A DNA stretch of 64,000 bases from an uncultured Candidatus Binatia bacterium. GTDB lineage: Bacteria; Desulfobacterota; Binatia; UBA9968; JAJDTQ01. The notes under the pieces are model-generated. The model worked only from the letters and a program-made list of their open reading frames with translations. It was not told where the DNA came from and made no database searches. The position numbers were made by a program, and so were the translations under genes. Location: assembly GCA_965242525.1 (NCBI GenBank), contig OZ251459.1:1216001-1280000 (forward strand), in the 5' to 3' direction. This document shows, one piece after another, positions 1-11,018 of the stretch (positions within the stretch are counted from its first letter, which is position 1; each line of letters starts with the position of its first letter).

Positions 1-274
1 CGGTGGCGCCCATGATCTCCCGGTTCCTGGCGATGGCGCCGTCGCCCTGGAGGACCGACACGAATATGGGACCCGTGGACATGTAGTCCGTCAGGCTGTC
101 GAAGAACGGCCGCTCCCGGTGCACCCGGTAGAAGGACTCCGCCCGTTGCTTGTCCAGCCGGGTCAGCTTCGCGGCCGCCACCTTGAGCCCGGCGTGCTCG
201 AAGCGGCTCAGGATGTCCCCGATGAGGCCCCGGGCCACCGCTTCCGGCTTGATGATCGAAAGTGTTCGCTCCAT
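1..274 (-). CDS. ndk: Nucleoside diphosphate kinase (3' part outside window)
   Basis: Manual translation from ATG at 274: [26 protein letters not shown]...[14 protein letters not shown]...REIMGAT, typical NDK N-terminus; follows sucD. Confidence 0.93.
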   Translation of the reverse strand, partial: MERTLSIIKPEAVARGLIGDILSRFEHAGLKVAAAKLTRLDKQRAESFYRVHRERPFFDSLTDYMSTGPIFVSVLQGDGAIARNREIMGAT

Positions 275-278
275 ACGG

Positions 279-1148
279 CTATCCCAGCGTCTCCTCCACG
301 GTCCGGCCGATGTCCGCGGGGGACGGCGCCATCCGCACGCCCGCCCGGCGCAGGGCTTCGACCTTCTCCGCGGCCGTGCCCTTGCCTCCGGCGATGATGG
401 CCCCGGCGTGGCCCATGCGCCGGCCCGGGGGGGCGGTCTGCCCCACGATGAAACCCGCCACCGGCTTCTTCATGTGCGCCCGGATCCATTCCGCGGCGTC
501 CTGCTCGGCGCTGCCGCCGATCTCTCCGATGAGCACCGCAGCCTCGGTCTCGGGGTCGTCCTCGAACGCGCGCAGCACGTCGATGAAGTCCAGCCCGCGG
601 ATGGGGTCGCCGCCGATGCCCACGCAGGTGGACTGGCCCAGGCCGAGGCGCGTGAGCTGGTCCACCGCCTCATAGGTGAGGGTGCCGCTGCGGGAGACCA
701 CCCCGATGCGGCCCCGGCGGTGGATGTGGCCCGGCATGATCCCGATCTTGCACTCGCCCGGGGTGATGACTCCGGGACAGTTGGGCCCCACCAGCACCGT
801 GCCCCGGTCCTCCAGGAAGCGCTTCACCCGCATCATGTCCTGGACCGGCACGCCCTCGGTGATGCACACCACCAGCGGCACGCCCGCGTCCGCGGCTTCC
901 ATGACCGCGTCCGCGGCAAAGGCGGGAGGCACGTAGATGACGCTGGCGTTGGCCCCGGTCTCCCGGACCGCCTCCTCCACGCTGTCGAATATGGGGATGT
1001 CCTCGAAGGAGGCGCCGCCCTTCCCCGGGGTGACCCCCGCCACCATCCGGGCGCCGTACTCTTTGCACGCGCGGGTGTGGAACCGGCCGGTGGCGCCGGT
1101 GATGCCCTGGGTCAGCACCCGGGTGGCGGAATCCACGAGTATGCTCAT
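279..1148 (-). CDS. sucD: Succinyl-CoA synthetase alpha subunit
   Basis: [20 protein letters not shown] and RMGHAGA (phospho-His) motifs. Confidence 0.97.
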   Translation of the reverse strand: MSILVDSATRVLTQGITGATGRFHTRACKEYGARMVAGVTPGKGGASFEDIPIFDSVEEAVRETGANASVIYVPPAFAADAVMEAADAGVPLVVCITEGVPVQDMMRVKRFLEDRGTVLVGPNCPGVITPGECKIGIMPGHIHRRGRIGVVSRSGTLTYEAVDQLTRLGLGQSTCVGIGGDPIRGLDFIDVLRAFEDDPETEAAVLIGEIGGSAEQDAAEWIRAHMKKPVAGFIVGQTAPPGRRMGHAGAIIAGGKGTAAEKVEALRRAGVRMAPSPADIGRTVEETLG

Positions 1149-2320
1149 GCCCCGGGCCCTTCCGACCCTACCGCGTCCACGATCTTCCGGGCCGCGTCCG
1201 CGATGGTGTCCGCGGGGATGATCCGCAGGTCGGACCGGGAAAGCAGCTCCCGGCCCCGCTCCACGTTGGTGCCCTGCAGCCGCACCACCAGGGGCACGGC
1301 CACGCCGGTCTCCCGGGCCGCGTCGATGATGCCCTCGGCGATGACGTCGCAGTGCATGATGCCGCCGAATATGTTCACCAGCACCCCGCGCACCTTGTGG
1401 TCCGAGAGCAGCAGGCGGAAGGCCTGCCCCACCATCTCTTTGCTCGCCCCGCCGCCCACGTCGAGGAAGTTGGCCGGCGCGCCCCCGTACCGCTGGATGA
1501 TGTCCATGGTGCCCATGGCCAAGCCCGCGCCGTTGACCATGCAGCCGATGTTGCCGTCCAGCGCCACGTAGGAGATGCCCAGTTCGGACGCCTCGACTTC
1601 CCTGGGGTCCTCCTCGGCCACGTCCCGCAAACCCGCGGCCTCAGGCTGGCGGAACAGCGCGTTGTCGTCGAAGCTCATCTTGGCGTCCAGGGCCATGAAC
1701 CGTCCGTCGTCGAGTTGCGCCAGCGGGTTGACCTCCAGCATCAGGCAGTCCGAGTCCAGGAAGGCGCGGTAGAGGTTCCCGAGCACCGCTCCGAAGGCGC
1801 CCGCGTCCTTGCCGGACAACCCCAGGCTCCCGGCCAGGCGGCGGACCTGGAACGGCGCCACCCCCACCACCGGGTCCACCTGCACGGTGACGATCTCCTC
1901 CGGGCTGGCGCTGGCCACCTCCTCGATCTCCATGCCCCCCTGCCGGCTGGCGATGACCCCCGGCCGGCCCGCGGCGGCGTCCAGCACCAGGCCGCAATAG
2001 AACTCCTTCTCGATGCGCGACGCCTCTTCCACCCACACGCGCCTCACCACCCGCCCTTCCGGGCCGGTCTGGTGGGTCACCAGGGGTTTGCCCAACAGAC
2101 CTCCGGCGAAACCCGCGGCCTCGTCCTCGGTGTGGACCACCTTGACGCCGCCGGCCTTGCCCCTGCCCCCGGCGTGTATCTGGGCCTTCACCACGCACGG
2201 GAAACCGACCTCCCGGGCCGCGGCCCGGGCCTCGTCCGCGGTGGACGCGACACGGCCGTCGGGGGTCGGCACGCCGAACCGGGCGAGCCACCGTTTCGCC
2301 TGGTATTCGTGGACGTTCAT
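1145..2320 (-). CDS. sucC: Succinyl-CoA synthetase beta subunit
   Basis: [45 protein letters not shown]; overlaps sucD by 4 nt. Confidence 0.97.
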   Translation of the reverse strand: MNVHEYQAKRWLARFGVPTPDGRVASTADEARAAAREVGFPCVVKAQIHAGGRGKAGGVKVVHTEDEAAGFAGGLLGKPLVTHQTGPEGRVVRRVWVEEASRIEKEFYCGLVLDAAAGRPGVIASRQGGMEIEEVASASPEEIVTVQVDPVVGVAPFQVRRLAGSLGLSGKDAGAFGAVLGNLYRAFLDSDCLMLEVNPLAQLDDGRFMALDAKMSFDDNALFRQPEAAGLRDVAEEDPREVEASELGISYVALDGNIGCMVNGAGLAMGTMDIIQRYGGAPANFLDVGGGASKEMVGQAFRLLLSDHKVRGVLVNIFGGIMHCDVIAEGIIDAARETGVAVPLVVRLQGTNVERGRELLSRSDLRIIPADTIADAARKIVDAVGSEGPGA

Positions 2321-2362
2321 GGAGTCGAGCTTCCGGGGAGCCGGTGGGAAACGGCAGGGGTT

Positions 2363-3313
2363 CTATGCCTGGGCCAGCACCCTGTCCATGGCGCCCACGA
2401 GCTCCTGCACGCGGGACAGGGAGCGGTCGAACGCGCCCTTCTCGTCGGGGGTCAGGTCGATCTCGATGACCTGCTCCACGCCGCCGGCCCCGATCAGCAC
2501 CGGCACGCAGAAATAGCAGCCCTGAACGCCGTACTCGCCTTCGAGCCAAGCCGCGCAGGGCAGGACTTCCTTCTTGTCCAGCAGGTACGCCTCGGCCATG
2601 CGCACCGCCGCGGACGCCGGCGCGTAGAAGGCGGAGCCGGTCTTCAGCAACCCGACGATCTCCCCGCCGGCCATGCGCACGCGTTGCTCGATCTCGTCCA
2701 GCCGCTCCGACGGGATGAGACGGTCCACCGGCGCCCCTCCCACCCGGCAGGTGCTCCTGACCGGCACCATGTCGTCGCCGTGGCCGCCCAGCACCATGGC
2801 GGTGACGCTCTCCACCGACCGGTCCAGCTCCCGGGCGATGAACGTCCGGTAGCGCGACGAGTCCAGGATGCCCGACTGCCCCACCACCCGGTTCCTGGGG
2901 AAACCGGTCACCCGGCGGCACAGGGTCACCATGGCGTCCAGCGGGTTGGTGATGACGATGACGAAGGCGTCCGGAGCGTACTGCCGGATGCCCTCGGACA
3001 CCTGGGTCATGATCCTGGCGTTGGTGCCCAGGAGGTCGTCCCGGCTCATGCCCGGCTTGCGGGCGATGCCCGCGGTCACGATGCAGACGTCGGCGCCCAC
3101 GATGTCCTCGTACCGGGTGGTGCCGGTGATGTCCGCGTCGAAGCCCTCGATGGGCGCGGACTGGAGCAGGTCCAGCGCCTTGCCCTGGGGCAGGCCGTCC
3201 ACCACGTCGAACAGCACCACGTCTCCCAGCTTCTTGAGGGCGCACAGGTGGGCCATGGTGCCGCCGATGTTGCCGCCCCCGATCAATGCGATCTTGCGTC
3301 TGGAAATGGCCAT
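2363..3313 (-). CDS. mdh: Malate dehydrogenase (LDH-like)
   Basis: [38 protein letters not shown]. Confidence 0.96.
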   Translation of the reverse strand: MAISRRKIALIGGGNIGGTMAHLCALKKLGDVVLFDVVDGLPQGKALDLLQSAPIEGFDADITGTTRYEDIVGADVCIVTAGIARKPGMSRDDLLGTNARIMTQVSEGIRQYAPDAFVIVITNPLDAMVTLCRRVTGFPRNRVVGQSGILDSSRYRTFIARELDRSVESVTAMVLGGHGDDMVPVRSTCRVGGAPVDRLIPSERLDEIEQRVRMAGGEIVGLLKTGSAFYAPASAAVRMAEAYLLDKKEVLPCAAWLEGEYGVQGCYFCVPVLIGAGGVEQVIEIDLTPDEKGAFDRSLSRVQELVGAMDRVLAQA

Positions 3314-3325
3314 GATAACAAGGAG

Positions 3326-4588
<1,263 letters not shown>

Positions 4589-4791
4589 GTTTCTCCCCTG
4601 GTCTTCGAGATTGGGCCCGAGGGCCGGTGTCCGGTACCGGAGACCCTGAGTCCGGGCGCGGCTTCGACGCGGCTCCACCCGCCCCGGTCAGGCTGTGAGT
4701 GCAGACGCTTGGCCCCCAGTCATTAACGAATCTCCGATGGCGAGTCAAGCAACGGAATGGGGAATGACGCTGGACAGAGGCCGACTTCCGT

Positions 4792-5136
4792 TCAACCTGC
4801 GGTTTCCCTGCGTCGTTTCCAAGATGCACATCCGGACGAAAGCGAACCTCGATCAAAATCATGATCGGGCGCCAGCTTGAGAGTCGGACGCATCGACAGC
4901 GCGGTCGCGATATCCGCGACCGTACGGAGCGTCAGATTCCTGCCGCCACCGAATACCTGGGATACGTAGCCCGGCGTACGACCCAAACGCCGGGCCAATT
5001 CCTTTCGGGTCACCCCGGCATCGTCAAGAGCCTGCGTCAACGTCTCCGTCACCTCCAGGAGCAGGTCTTCCTGTCGAACCAGACGATCGAAGTCCGCGTC
5101 GTACTCGACCGGCGAATCGTTTACGTACATTGCCAT
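4792..5136 (-). CDS. XRE/HTH antitoxin (HigA-like)
   Basis: HTH RKELARRLGRTPGYVSQVFGGGRNLTLRTVADIA; directly downstream of a RelE-like gene; lower GC than flanks. Confidence 0.8.
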   Translation of the reverse strand: MAMYVNDSPVEYDADFDRLVRQEDLLLEVTETLTQALDDAGVTRKELARRLGRTPGYVSQVFGGGRNLTLRTVADIATALSMRPTLKLAPDHDFDRGSLSSGCASWKRRRETAG

Positions 5137-5141
5137 GACTG

Positions 5142-5510
5142 CTACTCCTTGAAATGGTTGTCGAGGTTCCTCGCCGCGACTTCCAGGTCACGAATCCTGT
5201 GTTTGTCCCGTTTCTTTCGGAGCCCGTGAGCGACTACAAACTCTTTTCTCGGCGAGAACGTACCGATAAACCGAAGTTGAAAGCTCTTGACCTCCCACAA
5301 CGCCTGTCCGCCGCACTCGCCGAGCTTTTCGAATCGCTCCCGAGACTTCACTTGGCCACGGTCCGCCAATCGCTTGAAGACCGCCTGAATCCTGGCGCGA
5401 TCGCGTTCATCCAATTGCAAAAAGAAATCGCGGGCCGGACTCCTGCCGGACTCGTCGACTGCCCATACGACTCTACCCCACTCACCCGATGCTGCAATCC
5501 GAATCGCCAC
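5142..5510 (-). CDS. RelE/ParE (Gp49-like, HigB-type) toxin
   Basis: GRSPARDFF...LWEVKSFQLRFIG...AHGLRKK pattern of Gp49-like RelE toxins; toxin-first gene order. Confidence 0.8.
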   Translation of the reverse strand: MAIRIAASGEWGRVVWAVDESGRSPARDFFLQLDERDRARIQAVFKRLADRGQVKSRERFEKLGECGGQALWEVKSFQLRFIGTFSPRKEFVVAHGLRKKRDKHRIRDLEVAARNLDNHFKE

Positions 5511-5522
5511 ACTGAAGCAGGA

Positions 5523-5551
5523 ACTTTACATATATCTAAACCGAAAGTCAA
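5523..5551 (-). promoter_or_regulatory. sigma70 promoter of the TA operon with overlapping operator-like palindrome
   Basis: Minus strand TTGACT-N17-TAAAGT; imperfect palindrome TTTACATATATCTAAA (5525-5540) overlaps the spacer and -10. Confidence 0.7.
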
Positions 5552-5669
5552 TCCCCCTACCCAAATCCACTCAAGCTCGCAACGGAAGGAGGCGGCAAGA
5601 GGCCCGCGTTCCCGGGACCCGCGGGCCGGAACCTGCCATTTTCGCGTGAAACCGCTATATTGGCAGCCC

Positions 5670-6401
5670 ATGGTTCGGGATGGGATCTTGACCGTGCGGA
5701 TGGACCGGGTGTCCAAGGCCTATGGCGTCCTCTGGGCGCTCCGGGAGGTGCGCCTGGAGGTGGCGGCCGGGGAACGGGTGGCGCTCCTGGGTCCCAACGG
5801 GGCCGGCAAGACCACACTCCTGAAGCTGCTGGCCGCGTTGACCTACCCCACCGCCGGCGCCGTCGAGGTCTTCGGGCGGAAGCTCCCCTGCGGCAACTCG
5901 CCGCTCCGGGGCGCCATCGGGTTCCTGGCGGGGTCCGGCAACCACCTGTACGACCACCTGACGGTGAGCGAGAACCTGCGGTTCTTCGTCTCCCTCTACC
6001 GGAAGGACGTGGCCCCGGAGGAACGGGAGGAGGCGTTGGACCGGGTGGGGTTGTCCGAGCGGGCCCACGAGTACGCGTCGGCCCTGTCCCTGGGCATGCG
6101 CTGCCGCCTGGCCATGGCCAAATGGAGTCTGGTGAACCCCCGGCTGCTGCTGGCCGACGAGCCTTACGGCGCCCTGGACGCCGAGGGCGCGGACCTGCTG
6201 GACCGATTCCTCGAATCCCTCTGCGCCGCGGGCGGCGTGGTGGTGCTGGCCACCCACGACGTCCCGCGGGCCCTCGAACGATGCTCCCGGGCCGTCATCC
6301 TCGACCGGGGCCGGGTGGTCTTCGACGAGCATCGGCAAGACCCCTGGGACGGCTTCCATGCGGCCTTCGCCGCCCTTTCCCGCCGCGGCGGTGCGCGTTG
6401 A
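5670..6401 (+). CDS. ccmA: Heme exporter ABC ATPase CcmA
   Basis: Walker A GPNGAGKTT, LSLGM signature, LLADEP; first gene of the ccm operon; start estimated. Confidence 0.88.
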   Translation: MVRDGILTVRMDRVSKAYGVLWALREVRLEVAAGERVALLGPNGAGKTTLLKLLAALTYPTAGAVEVFGRKLPCGNSPLRGAIGFLAGSGNHLYDHLTVSENLRFFVSLYRKDVAPEEREEALDRVGLSERAHEYASALSLGMRCRLAMAKWSLVNPRLLLADEPYGALDAEGADLLDRFLESLCAAGGVVVLATHDVPRALERCSRAVILDRGRVVFDEHRQDPWDGFHAAFAALSRRGGAR

Positions 6402-7078
6402 CCGGCGCCTGGGGACAGCTCTACCGGCTCCTGTGGAAGGACCTCCTGCTGGAGGCGCGCCGCCGCGACAACCTGACGTCGCTGGTGTTCTTCGCCCTCT
6501 CCCTGGTCTTCCTCTTCTCGTTCGCCTTCGAGGTCTCCGACCACAACGCCCCCCGCATGGCCCCCGGACTGTTGTGGCTCGCCTTCATGTTCAGCGGCAC
6601 CCTGGCCCTGGGCCAACTTTTCCAGGGGGACCGCGAGAACGACTGCCTGGACGCTCTCCTGCTGGCGCCCATGGACCGGGGCGCCTACTACCTCGCCAAG
6701 GTCTTCTTCAATTTTTCCTTGATGTTCCTGGTGGAACTCCTTGTTCTATCGTTATTCGGGGTCGTGTTCCGCCTGGACTTCTGGGACTTGCTGCCGAGCC
6801 TCTTGCTCTACACCCTGCTGGGGACCCTCGGCTTCTGCGTGGTGGGGGTGCTCTTCGCCGCGGCGACGCTGCGCGCCCGGGCCCGGGCGCTGCTGCTTCC
6901 CGTGCTGCTCTTCCCCCTGATGATCCCGGTGATCCTCGCCACCGTCCGCACCCTGGAGATCGTCCTGGGGGCAGGCCCCCCCGAGGACCTCACCCCCTGG
7001 TTCCGGCTGCTGGTAGGCTTCGACCTGATCTTCCTCACCGCAGGCTTCCTGCTGCTGGAATGGGTCCTCGACGGATAG
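6398..7078 (+). CDS. ccmB: Heme exporter permease CcmB
   Basis: KDLLLEARR, D.ENDCLD.LLL.P, LLPVLLFPL.IP; TTG start overlaps the ccmA stop. Confidence 0.9.
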   Translation: MTGAWGQLYRLLWKDLLLEARRRDNLTSLVFFALSLVFLFSFAFEVSDHNAPRMAPGLLWLAFMFSGTLALGQLFQGDRENDCLDALLLAPMDRGAYYLAKVFFNFSLMFLVELLVLSLFGVVFRLDFWDLLPSLLLYTLLGTLGFCVVGVLFAAATLRARARALLLPVLLFPLMIPVILATVRTLEIVLGAGPPEDLTPWFRLLVGFDLIFLTAGFLLLEWVLDG

Positions 7079-7148
7079 GAGACGGGGAGCAAAGGCAAAC
7101 GAGGCGCCCGCGGTGGGAACTGCCGCCCGCCGATGCTATCATTGACGG

Positions 7149-7907
7149 GTGACCACCGTGACGACCGGCGAGAATCCGCCCGGGGCCGCCACCGGCGCCG
7201 ACCCGAGGCCTGCGAACGGAGGCTCCACCGCCCGACGAGTCCTCGGCGCCCTGGCCCTGGTCTTCATCGTCACCGGCCTCTACTGGGGGCTGGTGGAGGC
7301 GCCGCCGGACGCCCGGCAGGGCGAGACCCAGCGCATCATGTACCTCCACATCCCCAGCATACTGGTGGCGTACCTGTCGTTCTTCATCGTGTTCGTGGCG
7401 AGTTGCCTCTACCTGTGGAAAGGCGAGCGCCGGGACGACCTACTCGCCCACTCGGCCGCGGAGATCGGCGTGCTCTTCACCGCCCTGACCATCGTCGAGG
7501 GCTCCATCTGGGGCAAGCCCACCTGGGGCGTCTGGTGGACCGGGGACGCGCGCCTCACCCTCACCGCGGTGCTGTTGCTGATCTTCGTGGCCTACCTGCT
7601 GCTCCGGTCGCTCATCGAGGACCGGCGGCGCGCGGCCGTGTCCAGCGCCGTCCTCGGCATCATCGGCTTCCTGGACATCCCGTTGATCCACATGTCGGTG
7701 TACTGGTGGCGCACCCTGCACCAGCCCCCGTCCATACTGCGCCCGGACAAGGCGCCCTGGGACAACGTCCACGCGTCCATGCTGTGGCCCCTGGGCATCA
7801 ACTTCCTGGCGTTCCTCCTGCTGTTCTTCTACCTGCTGTCGCTGCGCATACGGCTCGGCGAACTGGAGGACCGGGCGGTCCAGGGGAGGCTGTCCGACGC
7901 CCGCTGA
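7149..7907 (+). CDS. ccmC: Heme exporter CcmC
   Basis: RIMYLHIP, GSIWGKPTWGVWWTGDARLT (WWD-like), WWRTLHQ. Confidence 0.93.
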   Translation: MTTVTTGENPPGAATGADPRPANGGSTARRVLGALALVFIVTGLYWGLVEAPPDARQGETQRIMYLHIPSILVAYLSFFIVFVASCLYLWKGERRDDLLAHSAAEIGVLFTALTIVEGSIWGKPTWGVWWTGDARLTLTAVLLLIFVAYLLLRSLIEDRRRAAVSSAVLGIIGFLDIPLIHMSVYWWRTLHQPPSILRPDKAPWDNVHASMLWPLGINFLAFLLLFFYLLSLRIRLGELEDRAVQGRLSDAR

Positions 7908-7926
7908 CGGGCCGGGAGCGCGAGAT

Positions 7927-8070
7927 ATGGGACACTGGGGCTTCGTCTTGCTGGCCTACGGCATCGTCTGGTGCAGCATCGTCATCTACCTGGCGCTCCT
8001 GAAGCGGCGCATCCGCAGGGCGGCCATGAGGTCCCGGCAGACCCGGACGGACGACCATGGACCGGCGTAA
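7927..8070 (+). CDS. ccmD: CcmD-like small membrane protein (47 aa, not in ORF track)
   Basis: Manual translation MGHWGFVLLAYGIVWCSIVIYLALLKRRIRR...: single TM with AYG motif and basic tail, between ccmC and ccmE. Confidence 0.8.
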   Translation: MGHWGFVLLAYGIVWCSIVIYLALLKRRIRRAAMRSRQTRTDDHGPA

Positions 8071-8494
8071 ACGTTTCCTCGTGGGCGGCCTCGTCATCGC
8101 CGGGGCCCTGGCCTACCTCATCTACGGGGCCATGCAGGAAGCCGTGGTCTATTTCGTCACCCCCACCGAGCTCCGCTCCGAGACCGCGCCGCCGGACCGG
8201 TTCCTCCGGGTCGGAGGCATGGTCCTGCCCGGGTCGCTGCGGAAGGACCTGGACCAACGCACGTTCCGTTTCCGCATCACCGACGGCCAGGAGTCCATGG
8301 CTGTGTTCTTCCAGGGCGTGCCCCCGGACCTCCTGGCCGAGGGCAAGGGCGCGGTGGTGGAGGGAAGGCTCGGGCGGGACGGGGTCTTCCGGGCCTCCAC
8401 GGTCATGGCCAAGCACGCCGAGGAGTACGGCCCGCACCAGGAGGGCGAGGACCCGGCCGGCCAACGAAGCTTCGTGCCCGCGGGCGCTCCGTGA
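8057..8494 (+). CDS. ccmE: Heme chaperone CcmE
   Basis: YFVTPTEL, LRVGGMV, PDLLAEG.G.VVEG, AKHAEEY (HxxxY). Confidence 0.95.
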   Translation: MDRRKRFLVGGLVIAGALAYLIYGAMQEAVVYFVTPTELRSETAPPDRFLRVGGMVLPGSLRKDLDQRTFRFRITDGQESMAVFFQGVPPDLLAEGKGAVVEGRLGRDGVFRASTVMAKHAEEYGPHQEGEDPAGQRSFVPAGAP

Positions 8495-10452
8495 CCGCAA
8501 CCCTGGGACATAGCTGCATCCTGCTGGCGCTGGTCCTCGCGCTGTGGGGCATCGCCGCCCCGGTCCTCCACGCGCGCACCGGCATCGCCGGATTCCACGC
8601 TTCCGCCCGCTACGCGGTAGCGGGCCAGTTCCTCCTCGTCACCGCGGCTGCGGGGGCGCTGATCTACGCGCTGGTGGCCACGGACTTCTCCATCCGGTAC
8701 GTGGCCTTCAACACCACCCGGAACACCCCGGTGTACTACCGGGTCACCGGGCTATGGGGCGCCCTCGAAGGCTCCCTGCTGCTGTGGGAATGGGTCCTGG
8801 TCATCTTCTCGGCCCTGGTGGCGTGGCGCTACCGCAAACGCCTGCAGGAGTTCATGCCCTGGGTCCTGATGGTATTCTCCATCGTCTCGGCCTTCTTCCT
8901 CGCGGTCATCGGCTTCGTCTCCAACCCCTTCGAGACCCTCTTCCCCGCACCCGCGGACGGGCGCGGGCTGAACCCGCTCCTGGAAGACGCCAACATGCTG
9001 AGCCACCCTCCCCTGCTCTACGCGGGCTTCGTGGGGCTCACCGTGCCGTTCGCCTTCGCCATGGCCGCGCTCATCCGGGGCAAGCTGGACCACCTGTGGA
9101 TCGTGGCAACCCGGCGCTGGACCATCGCCGCCTGGCTCTTCCTGACCCTGGGCAACCTGGTGGGCGCCTGGTGGTCGTACCACGTCCTCGGCTGGGGCGG
9201 GTACTGGGCCTGGGACCCGGTGGAGAACGCCGCCTTCATGCCGTGGCTGCCGGCCACCGCGTTCCTGCACTCGGTGCAGGTCCAGGAACGGCGCGACATG
9301 CTCAGGACCTGGAACCTGCTGCTGATCATCCTGGCCTTCAGCCTCACCATCTTCGGCACCTTCCTCACGCGCTCGGGCATACTCTCCTCCATCCACGCCT
9401 TCTCGTCCGGGCCCGTGGGGTTCGTCTTCCTCGGCTTCCTGGCCTTCGTCCTGGTCTCGTCCCTGGGGCTGCTGGCCTGGCGCAGCGACCGGCTCCGGGG
9501 GCAGCCCGAGCTCGACTCGGTGGTGAGCCGGGAATCCGCCTTCGTCCTCAACAACGTGGTGTTCGTGTCCGCGCTGTTCACCATATTCCTGGGCACGGTC
9601 TTTCCGCTGCTGTCCCAGGCCGTGGCCGGGGTCCAGGTGAGCGTCGGCGCCCCCTACTTCAACGCGGTGACCGTGCCCCTGTTCCTGCTGCTGGTGTTCC
9701 TCATGGGGGTCGGCCCGCTCATTGCCTGGCGCCGGGCTTCGTGGGACAACCTCAAGCGGAACTTCACCTGGCCCGCGGCCGCGTCCCTGGCCGTGGCCCT
9801 GGGCCTGTTCGCGGGCGGCGTCCGCTCGTTCCTGTCCCTCCTGGGGTTCACCCTCTGCGCCTTCGCGGTCTGGACCATGGTCTTCGACACCGCCCTCTCC
9901 CTGCGGGCCCGGCGGCGGCATGCGGGAGAGGGGCTGCTGCGGGGCCTCGGCTCCCTGGTCCGGCGCAACCAGCGCCGCTACGGCGGGTTCGTGGTGCACC
10001 TGGGCGTGGTCCTGGTGGTCCTGGGGGTGGCCGGCTCCATGACCTACAGCATCGAGCGGGAGGCGACCCTGGGCGTGGGCGAGTCCCTGGCCGCGGGTCC
10101 CTACCGGGTGGTCTTCGAGGGCTTGCAGGGCTCGCAGCAGCCCACCCACTACCGGGTGGAGGGACGGTTCCGGGTCTCCCGGGACGGGCGCGCCCTCGGA
10201 CGCCTGTCCCCCGCCCTCAAGTTCTTCCCGAACCAGGAGTCGCCCATCGGGCGAGCGGTCTTCCGCAGCACCCTGAAGGAGGACCTCTACCTGATCCTTT
10301 CGGGGTTCAGCGACGTGGACAGGAACCGGGCCACCCTGAAGGCGCTGGTCCGGCCCCTGGTGCTGTGGATCTGGCTCGGCGGCGCGGTCATGGCCATCGG
10401 CACGCTCATGGCCATCCTGCCCCTGGGCCGGCCCGGGGAGAGGGCAAGTTGA
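8491..10452 (+). CDS. ccmF: Heme lyase CcmF
   Basis: WGALEGSLLLW, GLNPLL, HPP, WGGYWAWDPVEN, SIHAF. Confidence 0.96.
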   Translation: MTATLGHSCILLALVLALWGIAAPVLHARTGIAGFHASARYAVAGQFLLVTAAAGALIYALVATDFSIRYVAFNTTRNTPVYYRVTGLWGALEGSLLLWEWVLVIFSALVAWRYRKRLQEFMPWVLMVFSIVSAFFLAVIGFVSNPFETLFPAPADGRGLNPLLEDANMLSHPPLLYAGFVGLTVPFAFAMAALIRGKLDHLWIVATRRWTIAAWLFLTLGNLVGAWWSYHVLGWGGYWAWDPVENAAFMPWLPATAFLHSVQVQERRDMLRTWNLLLIILAFSLTIFGTFLTRSGILSSIHAFSSGPVGFVFLGFLAFVLVSSLGLLAWRSDRLRGQPELDSVVSRESAFVLNNVVFVSALFTIFLGTVFPLLSQAVAGVQVSVGAPYFNAVTVPLFLLLVFLMGVGPLIAWRRASWDNLKRNFTWPAAASLAVALGLFAGGVRSFLSLLGFTLCAFAVWTMVFDTALSLRARRRHAGEGLLRGLGSLVRRNQRRYGGFVVHLGVVLVVLGVAGSMTYSIEREATLGVGESLAAGPYRVVFEGLQGSQQPTHYRVEGRFRVSRDGRALGRLSPALKFFPNQESPIGRAVFRSTLKEDLYLILSGFSDVDRNRATLKALVRPLVLWIWLGGAVMAIGTLMAILPLGRPGERAS

Positions 10453-11018
10453 ACCCGGCCGCTCGAAGGTTGGTCCTGGCCCTCACCTGCGTGGGTCTCC
10501 TCGTGGTCCTCCTCTATTCCGGCGTCGGCCGCGACCCGCGCTACATCCCCTCGCCCCTGCTCGGCCGCGAAGCGCCCGATTTCTCCCTCGAACTGTTCAG
10601 CGGCGAGACCGTGCGCCTGTCGGAGTTTCGGGGCAAGACCGTGCTGGTGGACTTCTGGGCGTCCTGGTGCCTGCCCTGCCGGGAGGAGGCCCGGGACCTG
10701 GAGGCGGCATGGAAGCGGCAAGGGGACCACGTGGCGTTCATCGGCGTCAACGTACAGGACCGGGAGGAAGACGCCCTCGGATTCATCGAGGAGTTCGGGG
10801 TCTCCTTTCCCAACGGCCCGGACCCCGGCGGCAGGATCGCGTTGGACTACGGCGTCTGGGGCGTTCCCGAGGCGTTCTTCATCAGCCCCCGGGGCCGGAT
10901 CACCTACAAGCACGTGGGCCCCATCCCGCCCTCGGTGCTGGCCGCCAAGCTGCGCGAAGCCCGGCGGGACCGGGTCAGCGCCGAAGGCCGCGGGGGCGGA
11001 CACGAGGCCATCCGATGA
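10449..11018 (+). CDS. ccmG: Thiol-disulfide oxidoreductase CcmG/TlpA
   Basis: N-terminal TM, FWASWCLPCREE, YGVWGVPEAF; TTG start overlaps the ccmF stop. Confidence 0.88.
   Translation: MNPAARRLVLALTCVGLLVVLLYSGVGRDPRYIPSPLLGREAPDFSLELFSGETVRLSEFRGKTVLVDFWASWCLPCREEARDLEAAWKRQGDHVAFIGVNVQDREEDALGFIEEFGVSFPNGPDPGGRIALDYGVWGVPEAFFISPRGRITYKHVGPIPPSVLAAKLREARRDRVSAEGRGGGHEAIR

Noticed and set aside
4589-4750. Structured icd leader RNA
   Set aside because: GC-rich hairpins are expected by chance here; no recognisable motif.
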